Positions 60,942-64,000 of a DNA stretch of 64,000 nucleotides are shown here, piece by piece. The notes under the pieces were generated by a model, which was given only the letters and a program-made list of their open reading frames with translations, had not been told where the DNA came from and did no database searches. The translations under genes were made by a program, and so were the position numbers. Position 1 is the stretch's first letter. Each line of letters starts with the position of its first letter. The stretch is from an uncultured Actinomycetota bacterium (GTDB lineage: Bacteria > Actinomycetota > Acidimicrobiia > Acidimicrobiales > RAAP-2): contig OY970279.1 in NCBI GenBank assembly GCA_963715855.1, positions 1,856,363 to 1,920,362 of the forward strand, in the 5' to 3' direction.

Positions 60942-61605
60942 GGCGAGCAACGTCGAGACCCTCGCGGCGCGCCTGAGCGACCTGCGCGATCGCATCGCGC
61001 GCAGTGGTCGGGACCCCGAGAGCGTGCGCGTCGTGGCCGTCACCAAGACCTTCTCCGCGCTCGACGTGCGCGCGGCCCACGACGCGGGCCTGCGCGTGGT
61101 GGGTGAGAACTACCTCAACGAGTTGGTGGCCAAGCACGACGCGACGAGCGATCTGGATCTCACCTGGCACTTCCTCGGGGCGCTGCAGACGAACAAGATC
61201 GCTCGGGTCTGCGCGGCGGCCGACGTGCTCTGTTCAGTGGCGCGGGCGCGCGAACTCGACCGGATCGCCACGTCGCGTCCGGGCACGCGCGTCTACGTCG
61301 AAGTCGACTTCACTAGCTCGCCCACGCGACCGGGCGCGGCACCCGGCGAGGTCGCACCACTGGTGGCTCGAGGACGAGAGTTGGGCCTCGACGTCGCCGG
61401 GTTGATGACCGTGGGTCCGCCCGACCCGACGGGCGCGCGCGACGCGTTTCGCGCCACGTCGGACCTGGCGGACGAGTTGGGCCTCGTTGAACGCTCGATG
61501 GGCATGAGCGACGACCTAGAGATCGCGCTGGCCTGCGGCTCGACCGAGATCCGCGTGGGCCGCGCGCTCTTCGGTCCTCGGGGCGCCGCGACGGCGCTGG
61601 CCTAA
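60886..61605 (+). CDS. yggS: PLP homeostasis protein YggS (start uncertain)
   Basis: [39 protein letters not shown]. Confidence 0.9.
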   Translation: MTTCSTSGATTTSRASCAEASNVETLAARLSDLRDRIARSGRDPESVRVVAVTKTFSALDVRAAHDAGLRVVGENYLNELVAKHDATSDLDLTWHFLGALQTNKIARVCAAADVLCSVARARELDRIATSRPGTRVYVEVDFTSSPTRPGAAPGEVAPLVARGRELGLDVAGLMTVGPPDPTGARDAFRATSDLADELGLVERSMGMSDDLEIALACGSTEIRVGRALFGPRGAATALA

Positions 61606-61639
61606 ACTGGCGCGACGGCGGGACCTTGAGGAGAACGAG

Positions 61640-62218
61640 ATGAAGGAACGGATGCGCAAGGCCCTCGGCTTCCTGGGTCTGATCGAGGACGAGTACGGCG
61701 AGTACGGGGCGAGCACGCCGAGCCGACCGTTCACCGATCCCGGCTACGACGAGGACCCCGAGTGGTCCGCCCCGGCCGTCACCTCGCCGCGGCCCTTCCC
61801 GGTGAGCTCGGCGAACTCGGGTCCGGCGCGGCCGGTGCCCGCCGCACGCCCCGGGCCGGTGAGCGGTCCGGACGCCGCCCCGCGCCTGCGCCCGGTGCCC
61901 AGTAACCGGATCCGTACGCTGGCCGCGCCCTCCGAAGACGACCTCGCGGTGGTCGTGCCGCTCAATTACAACGAGTCCCAGCGCGTGACCGACCTGCTGC
62001 GGGTGCACCGTCCCGTGCTGCTCAATGTCTCGGGCCTGGACGCCGAGGTCGCGCGTCGCGTCGTGGACTTCACCGCCGGCACGATCTACGCGCTGCGCGC
62101 CAAGATCGAACCCCTGGCCCCGGGCGTCTACCTCATCTTCTTCACCGACACCCCGGTGTCGCACGACACCCGGATGCGCCTGCGCGCGGCCAACTATCGC
62201 AGCTTCAGCCCCGCATGA
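61640..62218 (+). CDS. sepF: Cell division protein SepF
   Basis: MRKALGFLGL N-terminus, RRVVDFTAG. Confidence 0.88.
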   Translation: MKERMRKALGFLGLIEDEYGEYGASTPSRPFTDPGYDEDPEWSAPAVTSPRPFPVSSANSGPARPVPAARPGPVSGPDAAPRLRPVPSNRIRTLAAPSEDDLAVVVPLNYNESQRVTDLLRVHRPVLLNVSGLDAEVARRVVDFTAGTIYALRAKIEPLAPGVYLIFFTDTPVSHDTRMRLRAANYRSFSPA

Positions 62219-62463
62219 GCCTGGTCCACACGCTGATCTGGCTGTACATCTGGGTCCTGATCGTCGCCGCGATACTCAGTTGGTTCCCGGCGCGCTCCGA
62301 CGGCGCGCTGGTGGGTGTCCAGCGCGTGCTCAACCGGCTCTGTGACCCGGTGCTGCGTCCGTTGCGCGCGATCCTGCCGCGACCGAGCGTGGGCGGGGTG
62401 GGCATCGACCTGTCGGTGTTCGTGGCCATCATCGTGCTCGAGATCATCAACACAGTTATCTAA
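62215..62463 (+). CDS. YggT-family membrane protein
   Basis: ILSWF, CDPVLRPLR, IDLS. Confidence 0.88.
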   Translation: MSLVHTLIWLYIWVLIVAAILSWFPARSDGALVGVQRVLNRLCDPVLRPLRAILPRPSVGGVGIDLSVFVAIIVLEIINTVI

Positions 62464-62495
62464 CCGCGCTACGGCGCCGGCGGTAGGGTGACTGC

Positions 62496-63251
62496 ATGGA
62501 CAGCACCGACAACGTTTTCTCGGCGATCGACGCCATCGATACGGTGGCCTTCAAGGTCGGACTCAAGGGGTACAACGTCGACGAGGTCGACGAGTTCCTC
62601 GAACGGCTCTCGGCCGAGGCCCGTCAGTTAAAGGACCAGCTAGCCCAACAGCGCCAGCAGCTGCGCCAGGCGGCTGGTCGCATCGACCAGCTCGAGGGCG
62701 GTCGACCCCTGGCCGCGGTGGCGGCCCCCGCGCCGGCCCCCGAGGCCGCGCCGGAACCGCGTCCACTCTCACCGGTGGTCGGCGCCGAGCGTGTCACCTC
62801 GATGATCGCCATGGCCCAGCAGTTCATCGAACACGCCCAGCAAGAGGCCGAGGCCAAGGCCCGCGAGCTCACCGTGGCCGCCCAAGAGCGCGCGCGAGAG
62901 ATCGTCACCGAGGCGCGCAGTCGCGCCGAGGACGAGGTCAACCGACTCAACGGTCTCAAGCAGCGCCTCGGTGAGGACGTCGAAAAGCTCGCTCGCCAAC
63001 TCGAGCTCGAGCGCACGCGCCTCGGCGCGGCGCTGTCGGAGTTCTCGCGCTGGGTGGAGTCGACGCTGCGCGTCGGGGGCGGTCGACCGTCGTCCGCGCC
63101 GAGCGCCCCGTCGGTCTCGCCGTCGACTGCGGCCACCGCGACGGCGTCCACGCGACCCGCCGCGCCGCCGCCGGCGCCGCCGCCGGACGCCGAAGCGACG
63201 ACGATCGGCCAGGTCCTGCGACTCGACGGGTCGAGCGACGAGCGTTCGTAG
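62496..63251 (+). CDS. divIVA: DivIVA/Wag31 family protein
   Basis: KGYNVDEVDEFL plus coiled coils. Confidence 0.92.
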   Translation: MDSTDNVFSAIDAIDTVAFKVGLKGYNVDEVDEFLERLSAEARQLKDQLAQQRQQLRQAAGRIDQLEGGRPLAAVAAPAPAPEAAPEPRPLSPVVGAERVTSMIAMAQQFIEHAQQEAEAKARELTVAAQERAREIVTEARSRAEDEVNRLNGLKQRLGEDVEKLARQLELERTRLGAALSEFSRWVESTLRVGGGRPSSAPSAPSVSPSTAATATASTRPAAPPPAPPPDAEATTIGQVLRLDGSSDERS

Positions 63252-63305
63252 GAGGACCCTCGACTGCTAGGGTCGGCGCGCACCCGTCACCCCAAGGAGT
63301 TCTGA

Positions 63306-64000
63306 ATGTCCCCCAGTGCCTCGAAGAAGGCCCCGGCGAAGAAGGCTACGGCCAAGAAATCTCCGCCAAAGAAGGCCCCGGCGAGGAAGAGCGCGCCCGC
63401 GCGACCCTCTCGCGCGACGCCCAAGAGCTCGAAAAAGACCACCCGTCGACCCGCGCCCTCGCGCGCTTCGGGGGCCAAAAAGGTCGCCGCCAAGGCCGTG
63501 AAGTCGGTCAAGCGTCCGGGTCCCACCCCGGCCCAGCGTGCCGCCGCGGCCAAGAAGGTGGCCACGGCCAAGGCCCGCGTCGCCGCCCAGCGGGCCCGCG
63601 CCGCCGCCGCCGCCAAGGCCCTGCGCGAGCGTGAGGCCAAGGCCCGCGCCGCCGCCAAGGCCCGCGCCGCCGTCCAGCGCGCCCGGGCTATCGCCGCCGC
63701 CAAGGCCAAAAAGGAGCGCGAGGCCAAGGCCCGCGTCGCGGCTAAGGAGCGTGAGCTCCAGCGCAAGGCGCGCGACAAGGCCGCCGCCGAAGCGAAGAAG
63801 CAGCGCGACATCGACGCCAAGCGCAAGGCCATCGACGCGGAGAAGCAGCGCAAGCTGCGCGAGATCGAGCGCCGTCACCAAGACGAGTTGAAGCGCCTGC
63901 AGCGCCGCGAGGCCGAAGAGCTCAAGCGCCGCGAAGCCCTCGAGCGCAAGATGCACTCCAAGCCCTACGGCGACGACACGGCGTTGCTCGAGGAGCTGCG
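63306..64000 (+). CDS. Lys/Ala-rich histone-H1-like protein, truncated by window end (possibly DdbA/DksA-like)
   Basis: AAGGAG RBS; MSPSASKKAPAKKATAKKSPPKKAPARK..., repeated AAAKA/EAKAR units; no stop before window end. Confidence 0.7.
   Translation, partial: MSPSASKKAPAKKATAKKSPPKKAPARKSAPARPSRATPKSSKKTTRRPAPSRASGAKKVAAKAVKSVKRPGPTPAQRAAAAKKVATAKARVAAQRARAAAAAKALREREAKARAAAKARAAVQRARAIAAAKAKKEREAKARVAAKERELQRKARDKAAAEAKKQRDIDAKRKAIDAEKQRKLREIERRHQDELKRLQRREAEELKRREALERKMHSKPYGDDTALLEEL

Noticed and set aside
63500-63800. Nucleotide repeats (GCCGCCGCCAAGGCC) as a CRISPR or tandem array
   Set aside because: Explained by Ala/Lys codon repeats within the coding sequence; no constant repeat-spacer pattern.

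Overview
High-GC actinobacterial chromosome segment. The phylum follows from divIVA, sepF, DUF3040, mec-cysO-cysM, an F420-type PPOX gene and the absence of ftsA; an Acidimicrobiia-like lineage is my inference only. Left to right it carries: (1) an IclR-linked catabolic operon (M24 hydrolase, U32-like protein, IlvD/Edd sugar-acid dehydratase, sugar ABC transporter, KGSA-type aldehyde dehydrogenase); (2) amidase, PLP enzyme, DUF2332 and GNAT genes; (3) ssrA (tmRNA) and smpB, separated by a secreted PHI-1/EXORDIUM-like gene with two compensating frameshifts; (4) mec-cysO-cysM-rph-rdgB; (5) a DEAD-box helicase fused to a cold-shock domain, tRNA-Leu and clpP-wzm-wzt; (6) assorted metabolic and transport genes with tRNA-Gly; (7) a dcw cluster from mraZ to divIVA lacking murF, murD, ddl and pgeF, followed by a truncated Lys/Ala-rich histone-like gene. 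I saw no CRISPR array, transposase, integrase or prophage gene. The most notable observations are the DEAD-box/CSD fusion, a 34-bp hairpin burying the rsmH start codon, the M24/U32/dehydratase pathway with a missing step, the frameshifted PHI-1-like gene, a CysO with residues after its GG, and two solute-binding proteins with no lipobox. Several single-base anomalies could be assembly indels. All product calls come from motif recognition by eye, not database searches.
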